DNA of 64,000 nt from Laetmonice hystrix (taxonomy: Eukaryota), in assembly GCA_965235115.1 (NCBI GenBank), contig OZ249436.1, forward strand, positions 23,872,001-23,936,000. The letters run 5' to 3'. The notes under the pieces were generated by a model. It was given only the letters and a program-made list of their open reading frames with translations, had not been told where the DNA came from and did no database searches. The translations under genes and the position numbers were made by a program. Positions 42,356-52,553 of this stretch are shown piece after piece (within the stretch, counting starts at the first letter, position 1; each line of letters begins with the position of its first letter).

Positions 42356-43109
42356 GGCCCGGCTCCCACGATCAAGAAATCTTGTCAAGTTTCTTGAGCA
42401 AGATCTTGTCGGGTACTTCACACGGCATCAAGAAATTTCTTGAAAACATGCCGGCAAATATTGCCCAAGTTTCTTGGCAAGGAAACCTGGGCAATTTCTT
42501 GCCGCGTGACTCGCACGATCAAGGGTATTTACTATTGACTCAATATTTGTGCATACAGGAGCAAGTTTTCATTCTTGCCGCAGACATGGTAGGGTCTGTA
42601 GAAATTTTCAATTCAAAAAGGTCAAATCTGAAAGTTAATTAAGTGTTAACACCAGGTGTTAAGAAAGTGTTTCATATACAAGAATTGTTTCGTAAATACA
42701 AGAATTCACCTCCTGCTGGGTGTTTCATTAACACCGTTTTAACACCTACTTAATGCCAGAGTAACACCTGACTAACACCTAGGAAACATTCCGACCCAGT
42801 TTCACTATCTCAAATTGGAGGAATAGGCCTGAGATCTCACCTCACCTCGTGTTTCCAGTGTACTCTGGGGTCCTTCAAGTCCAGCAATATATTGCTGAAT
42901 TTAGAACACGGTTCTATTACGTCAATATTGCGCAATTTATTGTCGACTAACCTTCACACGGGATTCCCACGGCACAACAAGAATATTGGTCAATATTGCT
43001 CAATATTCGTTGTCAATATTGAGCAAGAACCTTGACGGGCATATCACACACAACAAGTTCCTTGAGTCAAGAAAACTTGACAAGATTTCTTGATCGTGGG
43101 AGCCGGGCC
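42356..43109. mobile_element. MITE (PIF/Harbinger-Tourist-like)
   Basis: TTA|GGCCCGGCTCCCACGATCAAGAAATCTTGTCAAGTTT ... AAACTTGACAAGATTTCTTGATCGTGGGAGCCGGGCC|TAA, ~37-bp perfect TIR. Confidence 0.85.
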
Positions 43110-43430
43110 TAAGAGTATGTTGTCTAGAAACAAAACAGTGCTGGTGTTAAGCGTCTGCCATCGCCGGTCACATGACCCCATCGAATCATGTGACTGGAAG
43201 TAGTTTCAACATGGAGCGCCCCAAATACATTTGAGGTGTTTTGCCTATGGAAAGCCCAAGATGTTGCGATTTGTTTGCAACGTTCAACTGTTGAACAGTA
43301 GCTTGTAAATAATTTGACACGTGGAAACCTGATTGTCTCCAGTTAGTAGACGTGTGTGGCAATCGGAAAAGCTGTGACAGTTTTTAAAAGAAGCTTTCAG
43401 CTAATCAGTACGGCTATCTTTTTTTCAGAA

Positions 43431-43499
43431 ATGGGAAAACTATCAAAAAGGCGTGCTCAAGCTAGGAAGGCGTCTGCTATTGCACACTCAAAGCAACAG
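43431..43499 (+). CDS. First coding exon of the Helentron polyprotein (MGKLSKRRAQARKASAIAHSKQQ)
   Basis: ATG at 43431, CAG|GTATGT donor, phase 0. Joins in frame to acceptor cttattccag|AGC at 44499, 15 nt upstream of ORF 44514, which has no ATG start of its own. Basic, NLS-like peptide. Confidence 0.72.
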
Positions 43500-43596
43500 G
43501 TATGTTTCTTTTTTTAAAATCTGCAAAGTTCTGTCCTAATATGCTTATTTGCATATAAGTGTCCACACCTGTATGTCGGGTTAGATTCGCTTGTTA

Positions 43597-44446
43597 TATC
43601 GGGTGGATAAAAAAAACGCCCCGAACTTTAAACTTTAATATTTCAAAAACTATGCATTATAATTCAATAAAATTTCTCTTAGTATCATTCCATGATATTA
43701 TCTCTGGTATGTTAAAGTTTCAGCTCAATAGGTTTGATATTAATTCCGTGGCACTAAAAACAAAAATCAGTGTCTAAAAATGCAATGCCGGAATTAGGTC
43801 AAATATCATGCAGCTGCCAGGTGTCCAATTTGATACCTGTTTGATGCACCGCGTTGTACCTTGGGTAAAAACATTTTCAATATTTAGTTTTTGCATGTTT
43901 TACAATATGTATAATGTTGTGGACCACTAGATATAATAAATTATGTGCTATTCCTAGTACTTCTAGAGAAAAACAGATGTTTAATGTGCCAACTGCAACA
44001 TTAGGACGATATGACTGTAAACAGAAGTTCAAGGGAAATCATATCATTATCACGTTTAGCAACACGTTCAGAACGTTGCGTATTTCCCAATGTTGGGAAG
44101 ATATTTCCCTATCAGAGATCAGGAAGTGCATTGGCTCATGGAAAAAGAGACTAAGAGCAGTATGAAGTGAAAACGGGGGACCGATTGACCACCTACTCCA
44201 GTGTGAGGCCAGGCACTCTGGGTGCGACTACACCTCGCTTTAGCACGGCATTGCGCTTTTGTACAATGATTTTTGTTTTTATCGCCACAGAAATATTAAC
44301 CAAGCTATTGACTTGTAACATTAACAACTGAGAGACAACATCATGAAGTGATATGAAGAAAAATTTTATTGAATTACAATCATTACTTTTTGAAATTTAA
44401 AGTTTTGACGTTTAAAGTTCGGGGCGTTTTTTTTATCCACCCGATG
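43597..44446 (+). mobile_element. Tc1/mariner deletion derivative inside the Helentron's intron
   Basis: TA TSD; TIR ATCGGGTGGATAAAAAAAACGCCCCGAACTTTAAAC and its reverse complement. Transposase C-terminal remnant WEDISLSEIRKCIGSWKKRLRAV*SENGGPIDHLL at ~44090-44200. Confidence 0.88.
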
Positions 44447-44498
44447 TATATTTTGTACAACAGAATTATAATGGGAAAACATTCTTATCTTATTCCAG

Positions 44499-47339
44499 AG
44501 CCAGACGACCTGCTTGACCGCTTGCTTGGAGACGGTTGGTCTCCCGGAGGCTCTGGGCCTCCGTGAACAAAAGCCTGTAGACTCTGGAATACAACCTCAA
44601 GTAGACTCTGGAATACAACCTCAAGGCGACTCTGGAATACAACCTCAAGTAGACTCTGGAATACAACCTCAAGTAGACTCTCGAATACAACCTCAAGTAG
44701 ACTCTCGAATACAACCTCAAGTAGACTCTCGAATACAACCTCAAGTAGACTCTCGAATACAACCTCAAGTAGACTCTCGAATACAACCTCAAGTAGACTC
44801 TCGAATACAACATGAAATATCTTCTGGAATACAACATGACCTATCTGGAATACAACATGACCTATCTTCTGGAATACAATCTGATTCAAGTCTAGTCATC
44901 CAGGCCAATAAACATCAAGGAAATGAAATCTTTTCAGATGCCTCAAGGGGTAGATTTTGTCTTTGTGCTGCGGTCGTAGCAATCTATGATCTACAAAATC
45001 TAGAAAACCCGACCTCCCATGACCTAGATGGTGTACTGCATAAAGGTGATCTCTTGTATCAAAATGTAATAAACAAGCTAGTTGAACAAACTATCCAGCT
45101 TCCTAACGATTTTCTGTCTTTCTCTGACCTACCACGCCAAATAGAGACATCAAACGGCCGATTTGAATGTGAAATGAATCTGTCTGATACGTTTTATGGT
45201 GTATGTGTGGGGAAAGAAGAAGATAATTTACCTCTTGTCAATGCCATAAGCAAAACATTTGAACGATATAATGCCGCACTTATGATCATTGGAGAGGAAG
45301 CAGTCAGTATGTTTCTTAACAGCACAGGCAAATTCTGTTACTTTGATTCTCATTCCAGAAATCTTAGAGGAGAGCAAAGCTGTGAGGGTAAATCTATTTT
45401 CATGGGGTTTGACACCTTAGATGAACTCCAAAATCAGATTTTACGAATCGTTTCGAACAGAGGAAATGAGAACTCTTTAAGATACGAGGTGCAACCAGTT
45501 CAGATCAAGTCAAATGTTGCAGACCAAATCTCTCGATCACAGAAGTGGCAATTGCCTAAAAACTTTGCGAAATCTACTGTATGTGAATTTGCGAATGTAC
45601 ACGGGTGTAATAGTGTAATCGGTGAAAATGGATCCCCTTATGTTAAATGTTCAAATTCATTTTCTGTACTATCCGATGACATGCTTGATGACCATGAAAA
45701 CGAGAACGTTGAAATTGTACACAAAGAGAAGTTCAGAACACTAAAGCATGAAACGAAAGAAAAGAAGCTCGGCAGCTCGTGTGTACAAGTTATACAAGGA
45801 AATATAAGTCAGGATGGGTTTTCACCATATGATCACAAAAGATTATCAATCAGCAATGCACTCATGTCTCTAATATGTTTGAAAGATAAGTGCGACTTTG
45901 TTCCCTCGGATATAAATTTTGTATTACTAGAAGGAGCACGGGTATGTAACGATTCTATCTCAAAGGTTAAGGCGTCCAGAATCGAAACAGCCATTCCTAA
46001 CCAGTTTCCAACACACCAAGGAGTTTATACCGTGGAGAAAGTGGACTCTTTTGAAGGTGTTTTGGGCAGTGCTCCAAAAACCCGTGGACAAAAACGCATA
46101 AACATTGTTGAAGGACTTGGAAAAGCTTTTAGTTCTTCAGATACACTTGTTCTTTCAATTGGAAGTTGTGTGTTCAGCGCGTTTAAGGCTGACAATGGGT
46201 TATATGGCATATTCAACCCAAACTCCTGCAGTTCACATGGGATTCCAAATCCTGATGGAAAAAGCGTACTATTATTTTGCAATTCAATTGCAGATATACG
46301 TGAGACTATAGAAAGAATGGCAAAACATATAACGCAGAAGGTTGCACGTTATCAGATTCTTAGTCTAAAATTGGCTAAAAGTGAGCACGTTGCCATGCGA
46401 GCTACAAATGTTAAAAAGGAGTCTGACCCTTCCTCATCTTGTACTAAAGACAACAGTCCACAAGTGAACTTCAGTAAAAAAGAATATCTTAAACACTATA
46501 TGAGAAAAAGAAGACAAGAGAGCCCCATCCGTGACAAGGACAGACAGTATATTAAGCGACGACGGACAGATGCAGAATTCCAACAAACCGAAAGAAACTA
46601 CATTAAAGCACGACGGACGGATGCAGAATTCCAACAAACCGAAAGAAACTACATTAAAGCACGACGGACAGATGCAGAATTCCAACAAACCGAAAAAAAC
46701 TACATTAAAGCACGACGGATGGATGCAGAATTTCAACAAACCGAAAGAAACTACATTAAAGTACGACGGATGGATGCAGAATTCCAACAATCCGAAAAAG
46801 ATGCACGAGTACGCAGGTATGCAACAAATGATGATAGTCGTAATAGAGATTTACGACGTAGTGTCACGAAGTATACAAGTGATGGTATATTTCGGGCAGA
46901 AGTTAAAAAGTACAGCAAGGCGAAATATCAAGGGATTTCGGACTTCAGAGAGCAGGTTCAAAAGTACAGCAAAACCAAATACAAAGGGAATTCGGACTTC
47001 AGAGAGAAGGTAAAAAGGTACAGCAAAAGGAAATATCAAGAGAATTCGGACTTCAGTACGAAGGTGAAAAAGTACAGTATGGACAAGTACAAGCAGTCTC
47101 CAGTCTTTCGATTAGAAGGCGTGCGTAAAAGAAAGCTCAAATATAAGTCAAATAATCAATTTCGTGAAAAAGAAAAAATAAGGAGAACAGTGCAATATAA
47201 AAAGTGGACTACCGACTCATCTTTGCACCAACGTTTGAAAGAAATGAAGAAAAGACAATACGACAGAAACATTTTGGTGCGCAGAAATAAAGCTCGTGAG
47301 AGAAAGCGGCAGATTCAGCTACATTGCAAAAACTTATAA
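44499..47339 (+). CDS. Helentron N-terminal/accessory protein: two herpesvirus-tegument-N (peptidase C76, deubiquitinase-like) domains plus repeats and a basic coiled region
   Basis: Domain 1: IQANKHQG..F....GRFCLC...LDGVLHKGDLLY...YFDSHSR...G....GKS (Cys at 44958, DSH at 45345). Domain 2 is colinear but degenerate (RLSISNA, FNPNS, GKS). Also 8-aa, 17-aa and 19-aa tandem repeats. Domain call is by motif recognition, not HMM. Confidence 0.75.
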   Translation, partial: SQTTCLTACLETVGLPEALGLREQKPVDSGIQPQVDSGIQPQGDSGIQPQVDSGIQPQVDSRIQPQVDSRIQPQVDSRIQPQVDSRIQPQVDSRIQPQVDSRIQHEISSGIQHDLSGIQHDLSSGIQSDSSLVIQANKHQGNEIFSDASRGRFCLCAAVVAIYDLQNLENPTSHDLDGVLHKGDLLYQNVINKLVEQTIQLPNDFLSFSDLPRQIETSNGRFECEMNLSDTFYGVCVGKEEDNLPLVNAISKTFERYNAALMIIGEEAVSMFLNSTGKFCYFDSHSRNLRGEQSCEGKSIFMGFDTLDELQNQILRIVSNRGNENSLRYEVQPVQIKSNVADQISRSQKWQLPKNFAKSTVCEFANVHGCNSVIGENGSPYVKCSNSFSVLSDDMLDDHENENVEIVHKEKFRTLKHETKEKKLGSSCVQVIQGNISQDGFSPYDHKRLSISNALMSLICLKDKCDFVPSDINFVLLEGARVCNDSISKVKASRIETAIPNQFPTHQGVYTVEKVDSFEGVLGSAPKTRGQKRINIVEGLGKAFSSSDTLVLSIGSCVFSAFKADNGLYGIFNPNSCSSHGIPNPDGKSVLLFCNSIADIRETIERMAKHITQKVARYQILSLKLAKSEHVAMRATNVKKESDPSSSCTKDNSPQVNFSKKEYLKHYMRKRRQESPIRDKDRQYIKRRRTDAEFQQTERNYIKARRTDAEFQQTERNYIKARRTDAEFQQTEKNYIKARRMDAEFQQTERNYIKVRRMDAEFQQSEKDARVRRYATNDDSRNRDLRRSVTKYTSDGIFRAEVKKYSKAKYQGISDFREQVQKYSKTKYKGNSDFREKVKRYSKRKYQENSDFSTKVKKYSMDKYKQSPVFRLEGVRKRKLKYKSNNQFREKEKIRRTVQYKKWTTDSSLHQRLKEMKKRQYDRNILVRRNKARERKRQIQLHCKNL
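44577..44880 (+). repeat. 24-bp in-frame minisatellite (VDS[G/R]IQPQ) x ~10, then degenerate copies
   Basis: GTAGACTCT(G/C)GAATACAACCTCAA repeated. Confidence 0.95.
46558..47180 (+). repeat. 51-bp (RRTDAEFQQTERNYIKA) x ~5 followed by degenerate 57-bp (KKYSK.KY....DFRE.V) coding repeats
   Basis: Visible directly in both DNA and translation. Confidence 0.9.
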
Positions 47340-47342
47340 CAT

Positions 47343-50300
47343 GTGAAGAAAAAGTTTAACGTTGCCGTTCAAGAGTTTCCAGAATACGTGTGTTGTGTTT
47401 GCCATCGTCTGTTATTCAAGAAACAAGTCATCAAGTGTAACAACATAGAGTATAATGATTCTAGAGAATCCCGTCGTATGGCAAACCTCTGCATAACGAA
47501 AGACTTTGTACACAAGTGTAGCAGAAGGTGTAAAGACAATTGCACTGTAAGGAAGACATCTCGTTCTGATTTGTACATTTGCTATACATGTCGCAGACAT
47601 TTATCTAAAGGAAAAATGCCACCGGAGGCTTCTGCCAATCAGTTAAAACTATATGCCGTGCCCCAAGAGTTGCAAACATTGAACATCTTAGAGAAACATT
47701 TAATATCAAGAATGGTTCCTTTTATAAAGGTTATCACATTACCTAAAGGTGGCCAACAGAAATTAAAAGGACCTTGTGTGATGGTTCCAGCAGATTTAAA
47801 GAACACACTTAATATCCTGCCACGACCCGACACAGAGAGTTCAGAGATAATTAAGTTGAAAATGAAACGAAAACTGGAATACAAAGGATACTATGAATAT
47901 CGACAAGTAAACATGAGAAAGGTTCATGAGGCACTTCGGTGTTTGAAGAATAAAGTAAAAAGTGTTCACTATGAAGACATTGGCATTGATAGACGTCCGT
48001 TGCTTAATGCAGTTGGTGATAATGACGAAACTCCACCCACAGAACTGGAACCGTCAAGTGATCAAACAACAGATGTTAAAGGCAGTGCAGAAGACTCTGT
48101 TCAGGATTTACCTGTAGCACTAGTATTGGACACATTCCTTATGCCCGTTGATATGATTCAAGAATCCTTGCCACTTTGTCCAGACACTATTTTGTCTGTT
48201 GCTCCATGTGAGGGAAATAAGCCAACAAATATGTATGCTGACAAACGATGTGAAGCCTTGTCTTTTCCCAACCATTTTCCTGATGGAAAAAATACGTTGA
48301 CAGAAAACAGACCACTTGAACTTTCCCCATCCAAATATTTCCAAGCACGACTTATGAATGTTGACAATCGCTTTGCCAGTGACCCACAATATATATTCTT
48401 TGCACATTACATCACAGAGCTTAGATTTATCGCCAACAATATTTCTATAGCAATGAGGAAGGGAAGAACAAAAACTAAGGACGGCCAAAGAGTTACAGCA
48501 CATACATTATCTGATAGGCAAGGCATAGACCACGTGACTAGGGAGGATACAGGATTCCGTCATTTCCCCACACTGAAAGGGTCCCCAGACTACTGGAGGA
48601 AGACGCAGCATGATCTGTTTGCAATGATCAGACAACTGGGAATACCGACTTTCTTCTGCTCATTTAGCTGCAACAATGACTGGCCTGAAATCGTCACTTC
48701 TATCAAAGCACAACAGGGGGAGACTATTGACGTGAGTTCTCTAACATGGGAAGAAAAGTGCAAGATTCTGGCATCTAATCCAGTCACTTGTGCCCGTATG
48801 TTTGACCACAGGGTAAAGCTCTTTCTCAATAATGTGATACGGTCTCCAGCCAACCCAGTGGGCGAAGTCATTGATTGGTTCTACCGTGTTGAATGGCAAG
48901 CAAGAGGAAGTCCTCATATACACTGTTTGTTTTGGGTGAAAGATGCTCCTATCCTGGGCAGAGATACAGATCAAGCTGTGTGTGACTTTGTGGATGAATT
49001 CATTTCATGTCAGATCCCCCCAGAAAACGTTGAACTAAACAGTAAAGTTAGAAAATTTCAAAGGCATAGTCGAAATCATACCAAATCCTGCAAAAAAGGA
49101 AACCGGCCATGTAGGTTTAACTATCCTCGACCAGTTGCCAAAAGAACATTCATTTCGAGACCTATGAGTCAATATGATGAACACGCGCCAAGCGAAAATG
49201 AAGTGAAGTTTGCAAAAACACAACTGTCCAGTATTTGGGATATTTTGAATGGAAATCTTGAAGATGAAAATATCACTACGGACGAACTATTGAAAAAGGC
49301 TGGAATTACATGGCAAACATATAAGCAGTTGTACAATGTTTCTACAAATAAAGTCTCTGTGGTTATGAGAAGAGAACCAAAGGACTGCTGGACAAACAAC
49401 TATAGCCCCGCCCTCCTCGACATTTGGAATGCAAACATGGACATCCAATACATTACGGATCCATACAGCTGTGTCATGTACATTCTGTCATATATAAGTA
49501 AAGCTGAGCATGAACTTAGTGACATATTGCGACATGCACAAGAAGAGTTAAGAGAAGGCAATCATGATCTGAAGTATGAAATGAGAAAACTTGGAAATGT
49601 GTATCTTGACTATCGAGAAATTAGTTGTCAGGAAGCTTCACATCGGATGTGTAATTTACACTTAAAAGAATGCTCACGTGGAGTTGTTTCAATACCAACA
49701 GATGAGAATCCAACTAGAATAAGTCTTCCGCTGGCTCAAATTGAAGCTAAAGCTAGAGCAAATGGAGATGATGATGATATCTGGATGACAAATCTCACAG
49801 ATCGGTACCAGGCCCGTCCCGATGGAGAGGAATTTGATCATATGTGTCTTGCACAGTTTGCATCCGAATTCAGAATTATCTATGGACAAACAGCCTCGCC
49901 GAATGTGTACAAACTAAAAGAGAACCGTGGTATGATACAGAGAAGACGTCCAGATAGTTTTGCAGTCATTCGTTATCCAAGACACTCCAAAACAACAAAG
50001 CCTGAGCAGTATTACCAAGCACAGTTGAAGGTATATCTACCATGGCGAAAGAAATGCCAGCTCAAACCTGCGGGGTATGCTACATATGAAGATTTTCACG
50101 AAACAGGTGCTGTTAGATTGTCATATGGCCCAAAAATAGTACCTGTCAAAATCATTGTGTCTGAAAACAGGGTTAGATACGAAAAAGATGCAGAAATTCT
50201 TGATAATGCATATGAAATTCTACAAACGTGCGGCAACCTGGAGGACGCATGGGCGGCAGTTGCTAATCAGGCTGAATCAGACAGACTGGAAGCTGAAGAA

Positions 50301-52553
50301 GAAAGTAGAGCTTTTGAGAATATTGGTAGTGAACCTTTAGCTGATGACCATGATTATGTGGATGGAGAGTATCGAGGACAGGCTACAGGAGGGCTAGCAA
50401 TAGAACACCGTGATGATGAATGTTTCACCAGATCTGTACAACCACTGCTCAGATGTATGAATGAACGTCAACAACAAGTGTTTTACACTGTTCGAAAATG
50501 GTGTCTTGACAAGGTTAATGGTTTAAATCCAGAGCCATTCCATGTATTTCTCAGTGGAGCTGCGGGTGTCGGCAAATCCCTGTTGATCAAATGTATTTAC
50601 TACGAAGCCACAAAAATTCTTCTTCAACATCAGGATGATCAGAACTTAGCACCTGTCTTTCTAGCAGCAACAACCGGTCTAGCAGCTTTCAATGTCGGCG
50701 GGTCTACAGTTCATTCCCTTTTGAAGATTATCAAACCGCGGAAAGGGCAATACAAACCTCTCAGTGAAAGCGTTTTGAATACAATGAATGCCACTTTACG
50801 TGAAGTAAAAATTCTGATAATTGATGAAATTTCAATGATGGGAAGTCAAATACTAAATTATGTTCACAAGCGCCTGGGACAACTGAAACATAACAAAAAT
50901 ATGTTTGGTGGTGTCTCAATTCTAGCTGTTGGTGATTTCTACCAGCTCCCACCTGTGAAAGCTGGATTGCCTATCTGTGCTCCAAACACCTGCGACTTAT
51001 GGATGGACAATTTCAAACTTGTTGAACTGACCGAAATTATGAGACAACGAGATGATGCTCTCTTTGCTGAATTATTGAATCGTTTGCGAGTCAAGAGTAA
51101 AAATGAATGCCTTATTGATTCTGATAAAGATACATTGTTATCAAGAGTCATCTCCATTGAAAACTGTCCACAAGATGCATTATATATCTATGCGAAAAAC
51201 AAGGAAGTAGATGCACACAATGAGAAAATGCTGCAGACCAAGTGCACAAATATTCTAGAAATAGCTGCAGTTGATATTGTTCGAAACAAAAGGACGGGAA
51301 AACTGGAGGAAAAACAGGCTTCCAAATCAAATGAAAAAAGTGATAGTTTACCTAGTAGGTTACGACTAGCTATTGGTGCAAGAGTAATGATCACCAAGAA
51401 TGTGGACACTGAGCATGGAATTACAAATGGAGCCACAGGAATGATTACATCTATACTTCCTATAAAAAAGGGCAAACTTTTACCAGAAGGCGTGTGTGTA
51501 CAGTTTGATAACGACAAAGTAGGTCGTGGAAAAACTGAAAAGCGTAAGAACAGCACAATTCCGTTTGGCTCAGTCAAAATTGAACCGTATGAAGAAGCCA
51601 TGGATCCTCTAGAACAAGAAAGAAAGGGAGGAATAAGAAGGCAGTTCCCATTGAGGTTGTCCTGGGCATGTACAATACATAAAGTGCAAGGTCTCACTGT
51701 CGAGAAGGTTGTTATTTCAATGGAATCCATGTTTGAATCCGGACATGCATATGTTGCCTTTTCAAGAGTTACAAACATACAAGGTCTTTACCTTCTAGAT
51801 TTCAATGCTGATAAGATATACCGAAATGAAGGAGTTGCACAGGGTTTAGTACAAATGGAATCACTTCAACTGTCAAATATAGTTGATTGTTCTCATGACA
51901 GCTTTACTATTGTTCACCACAATGTTGAAGGCTTGGTTCAAAATTTTGAAAGTCAGGAAAAACATTTTCAGATGTTTACCTCAGACATTCTCTTACTTAC
52001 AGAGACATGGCTTTCCTCGGAAGAAGACCTATCCAATTTACAGCACAAAGACTTTTACCTCATGTGTAAATCTAGGCGAGAAAGTTATGACATTCGGTCA
52101 ATGGCAACATTAACGAAAGGCGGTGTAGCTGTGTATGTCAAAAAACATATTGCACATGGGTTTGCTCAATTTTCAGTTTCAAACATAGAATTTATGTCAG
52201 TCCTTTTATGCACCCCTGCAAAACCGGTGATGATTAGTGTAGTTTATCGACCGCCAAGGTACACAACAGGATTATTTTGTAATGCACTCCAACATCTGAT
52301 TGTCAAAATGGAAGAAGCGGCACAGAATTCAGGTTTTGTTATTACAGGTGACTTGAATGAAGACCTATTGAAAGGTCAGAACACAATCAGTAACTTGATG
52401 TCCAGTAATGGTTACCAGCAAATAATTACACAAGCAACAACTCTTGGAAACACCCTGTTAGATGTCATTTATGTGAAAAATGTAGATGTTAAAAACTCAG
52501 GTGTATTCCAGACCCACTACAGTTACCACGATGCTGTATATTTGCAGATTTGA
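47343..52553 (+). CDS. Helentron Rep/Helicase with C-terminal apurinic-like (APE/EEP) endonuclease
   Basis: N-terminal Cys cluster. HUH Rep motifs TFFCSFSCN (48648), VEWQARGSPHIH (48888; GSPH is the Helentron-type signature), YILSYISK (49479). Pif1/SF1B motifs GAAGVGKS (50556), IIDEISM, GDFYQLPPV, EIMRQ, QFPLRLSWACTIHKVQGLT, YVAFSR. EEP motifs HNVEG, LTETWL, GGVAVY, VYRPP, GDLNED, LDVIY, SYH. Confidence 0.96.
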   Translation: MKKKFNVAVQEFPEYVCCVCHRLLFKKQVIKCNNIEYNDSRESRRMANLCITKDFVHKCSRRCKDNCTVRKTSRSDLYICYTCRRHLSKGKMPPEASANQLKLYAVPQELQTLNILEKHLISRMVPFIKVITLPKGGQQKLKGPCVMVPADLKNTLNILPRPDTESSEIIKLKMKRKLEYKGYYEYRQVNMRKVHEALRCLKNKVKSVHYEDIGIDRRPLLNAVGDNDETPPTELEPSSDQTTDVKGSAEDSVQDLPVALVLDTFLMPVDMIQESLPLCPDTILSVAPCEGNKPTNMYADKRCEALSFPNHFPDGKNTLTENRPLELSPSKYFQARLMNVDNRFASDPQYIFFAHYITELRFIANNISIAMRKGRTKTKDGQRVTAHTLSDRQGIDHVTREDTGFRHFPTLKGSPDYWRKTQHDLFAMIRQLGIPTFFCSFSCNNDWPEIVTSIKAQQGETIDVSSLTWEEKCKILASNPVTCARMFDHRVKLFLNNVIRSPANPVGEVIDWFYRVEWQARGSPHIHCLFWVKDAPILGRDTDQAVCDFVDEFISCQIPPENVELNSKVRKFQRHSRNHTKSCKKGNRPCRFNYPRPVAKRTFISRPMSQYDEHAPSENEVKFAKTQLSSIWDILNGNLEDENITTDELLKKAGITWQTYKQLYNVSTNKVSVVMRREPKDCWTNNYSPALLDIWNANMDIQYITDPYSCVMYILSYISKAEHELSDILRHAQEELREGNHDLKYEMRKLGNVYLDYREISCQEASHRMCNLHLKECSRGVVSIPTDENPTRISLPLAQIEAKARANGDDDDIWMTNLTDRYQARPDGEEFDHMCLAQFASEFRIIYGQTASPNVYKLKENRGMIQRRRPDSFAVIRYPRHSKTTKPEQYYQAQLKVYLPWRKKCQLKPAGYATYEDFHETGAVRLSYGPKIVPVKIIVSENRVRYEKDAEILDNAYEILQTCGNLEDAWAAVANQAESDRLEAEEESRAFENIGSEPLADDHDYVDGEYRGQATGGLAIEHRDDECFTRSVQPLLRCMNERQQQVFYTVRKWCLDKVNGLNPEPFHVFLSGAAGVGKSLLIKCIYYEATKILLQHQDDQNLAPVFLAATTGLAAFNVGGSTVHSLLKIIKPRKGQYKPLSESVLNTMNATLREVKILIIDEISMMGSQILNYVHKRLGQLKHNKNMFGGVSILAVGDFYQLPPVKAGLPICAPNTCDLWMDNFKLVELTEIMRQRDDALFAELLNRLRVKSKNECLIDSDKDTLLSRVISIENCPQDALYIYAKNKEVDAHNEKMLQTKCTNILEIAAVDIVRNKRTGKLEEKQASKSNEKSDSLPSRLRLAIGARVMITKNVDTEHGITNGATGMITSILPIKKGKLLPEGVCVQFDNDKVGRGKTEKRKNSTIPFGSVKIEPYEEAMDPLEQERKGGIRRQFPLRLSWACTIHKVQGLTVEKVVISMESMFESGHAYVAFSRVTNIQGLYLLDFNADKIYRNEGVAQGLVQMESLQLSNIVDCSHDSFTIVHHNVEGLVQNFESQEKHFQMFTSDILLLTETWLSSEEDLSNLQHKDFYLMCKSRRESYDIRSMATLTKGGVAVYVKKHIAHGFAQFSVSNIEFMSVLLCTPAKPVMISVVYRPPRYTTGLFCNALQHLIVKMEEAAQNSGFVITGDLNEDLLKGQNTISNLMSSNGYQQIITQATTLGNTLLDVIYVKNVDVKNSGVFQTHYSYHDAVYLQI

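Noticed and set aside
42590..42870. Possible nested element inside the Harbinger-like MITE (GTGTT/AACAC-rich)
   Set aside because: Could not define matching termini or a TSD.
43150..43430. Helentron promoter (E-box-like GTCACATGAC, GGAAGT, CAACATGG) and an upstream non-coding exon implied by the acceptor at 43428
   Set aside because: Plausible, but short motifs alone cannot support a call without transcript data.
44485..51778. Antisense and alternate-frame ORFs over the Helentron gene (e.g. 44485-44889, 51188-51778)
   Set aside because: Shadows of the main ORF and its minisatellites.
44514..52553. Endogenous herpesvirus or Polinton/giant-virus fragment
   Set aside because: No capsid, polymerase or integrase; the C76-like domains are in frame with Helentron RepHel and lie within Helentron termini.
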